Assembly (NCBI GenBank): GCA_031416075.1
Contig: JANOSY010000021.1
Span: 1 to 26,442 of the forward strand
Direction: 5' to 3'
Length of the DNA stretch: 26,442 bases
DNA from: Candidatus Tenderia sp.
GTDB lineage: Bacteria > Pseudomonadota > Gammaproteobacteria > Tenderiales > Tenderiaceae
The notes below the pieces were generated by a model. That model saw only the letters and a list, made by a program, of their open reading frames with translations, was not told the DNA's origin and did not search any database. Shown here one piece after another: positions 26,260 to 26,442 of the stretch; the stretch's first letter is position 1, and each line of letters starts with the position of its first letter. A program made the translations under genes and the position numbers.

Positions 26260-26304
26260 TGTTTTTCCGCCCTCACCCCCCATTATTCCTATAGTCACCA
26301 TTAA

Positions 26305-26442
26305 TTAAGTTACCCCCGGCAAAGCCGGGGGTTTATCTTTATTAGCCCCTCAAAGGGGCAAAAACATGAAGCGCCTGAAGGCGCTGACTCACATACCTAA
26401 CTTGAGCTGATCGTAATGAGCATCTTCTTTGTCTTGATTTCT
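26305..26442 (-). mobile_element. tnpA: Right end of an IS200/IS605-family element (TnpA C-terminus and subterminal hairpins)
   Basis: Minus strand 26442..26389 reads RNQDKEDAHYDQLKLGM*, the IS200 TnpA tail after the YIxNQ motif. Hairpins lie at 26370..26385, 26345..26359 and 26312..26332 (ACCCCCGGC-AAA-GCCGGGGGT). The exact end is approximate. Confidence 0.82.

Noticed and set aside
26312-26385. Three GC-rich hairpins as cheR terminator, REP cluster or TnpB omega-RNA
   Set aside because: They directly follow a TnpA stop codon and fit IS200 right-end structures. No tnpB lies between tnpA and the end.

Overview
A gammaproteobacterial chromosomal segment, probably a whole contig, since both ends fall inside insertion sequences. 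The left end is a triple-nested IS stack: an IS5-family (ISL2-group) element inside an IS3-family element, inside an IS1182-family element. It is followed by a nuclease-fold hypothetical gene, yoaA (DinG-type helicase), a stand-alone small membrane protein gene with a CRP-like box and its own terminator, tsaB and cpdA. Next come a Pho-box-driven pstCAB-phoU operon lacking pstS, an orphan PEP-CTERM protein, and an RND efflux operon (MFP-RND-OMF-TetR) with an AcrR/TtgR-type operator. These are followed by dsbC with a sigmaE-like promoter, cysI plus a DUF934 gene, and a tRNA-Arg(CCT). The right part is a more AT-rich flagellar block (ycgR, flgN, flgM, flgA / cheV, cheR) with sigma28 and sigma54 promoters, cut off by an IS200/IS605 element where flgB would be expected. 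The most unusual item is the tRNA-Arg(CCT): its near-universal G19:C56 elbow pair is replaced by a compensatory U19:A56 pair, and it lies just downstream of the sigma28 flgM-flgN-ycgR unit. No CRISPR array, prophage or clearly new multi-gene system was found. All calls come from motif recognition without database searches.
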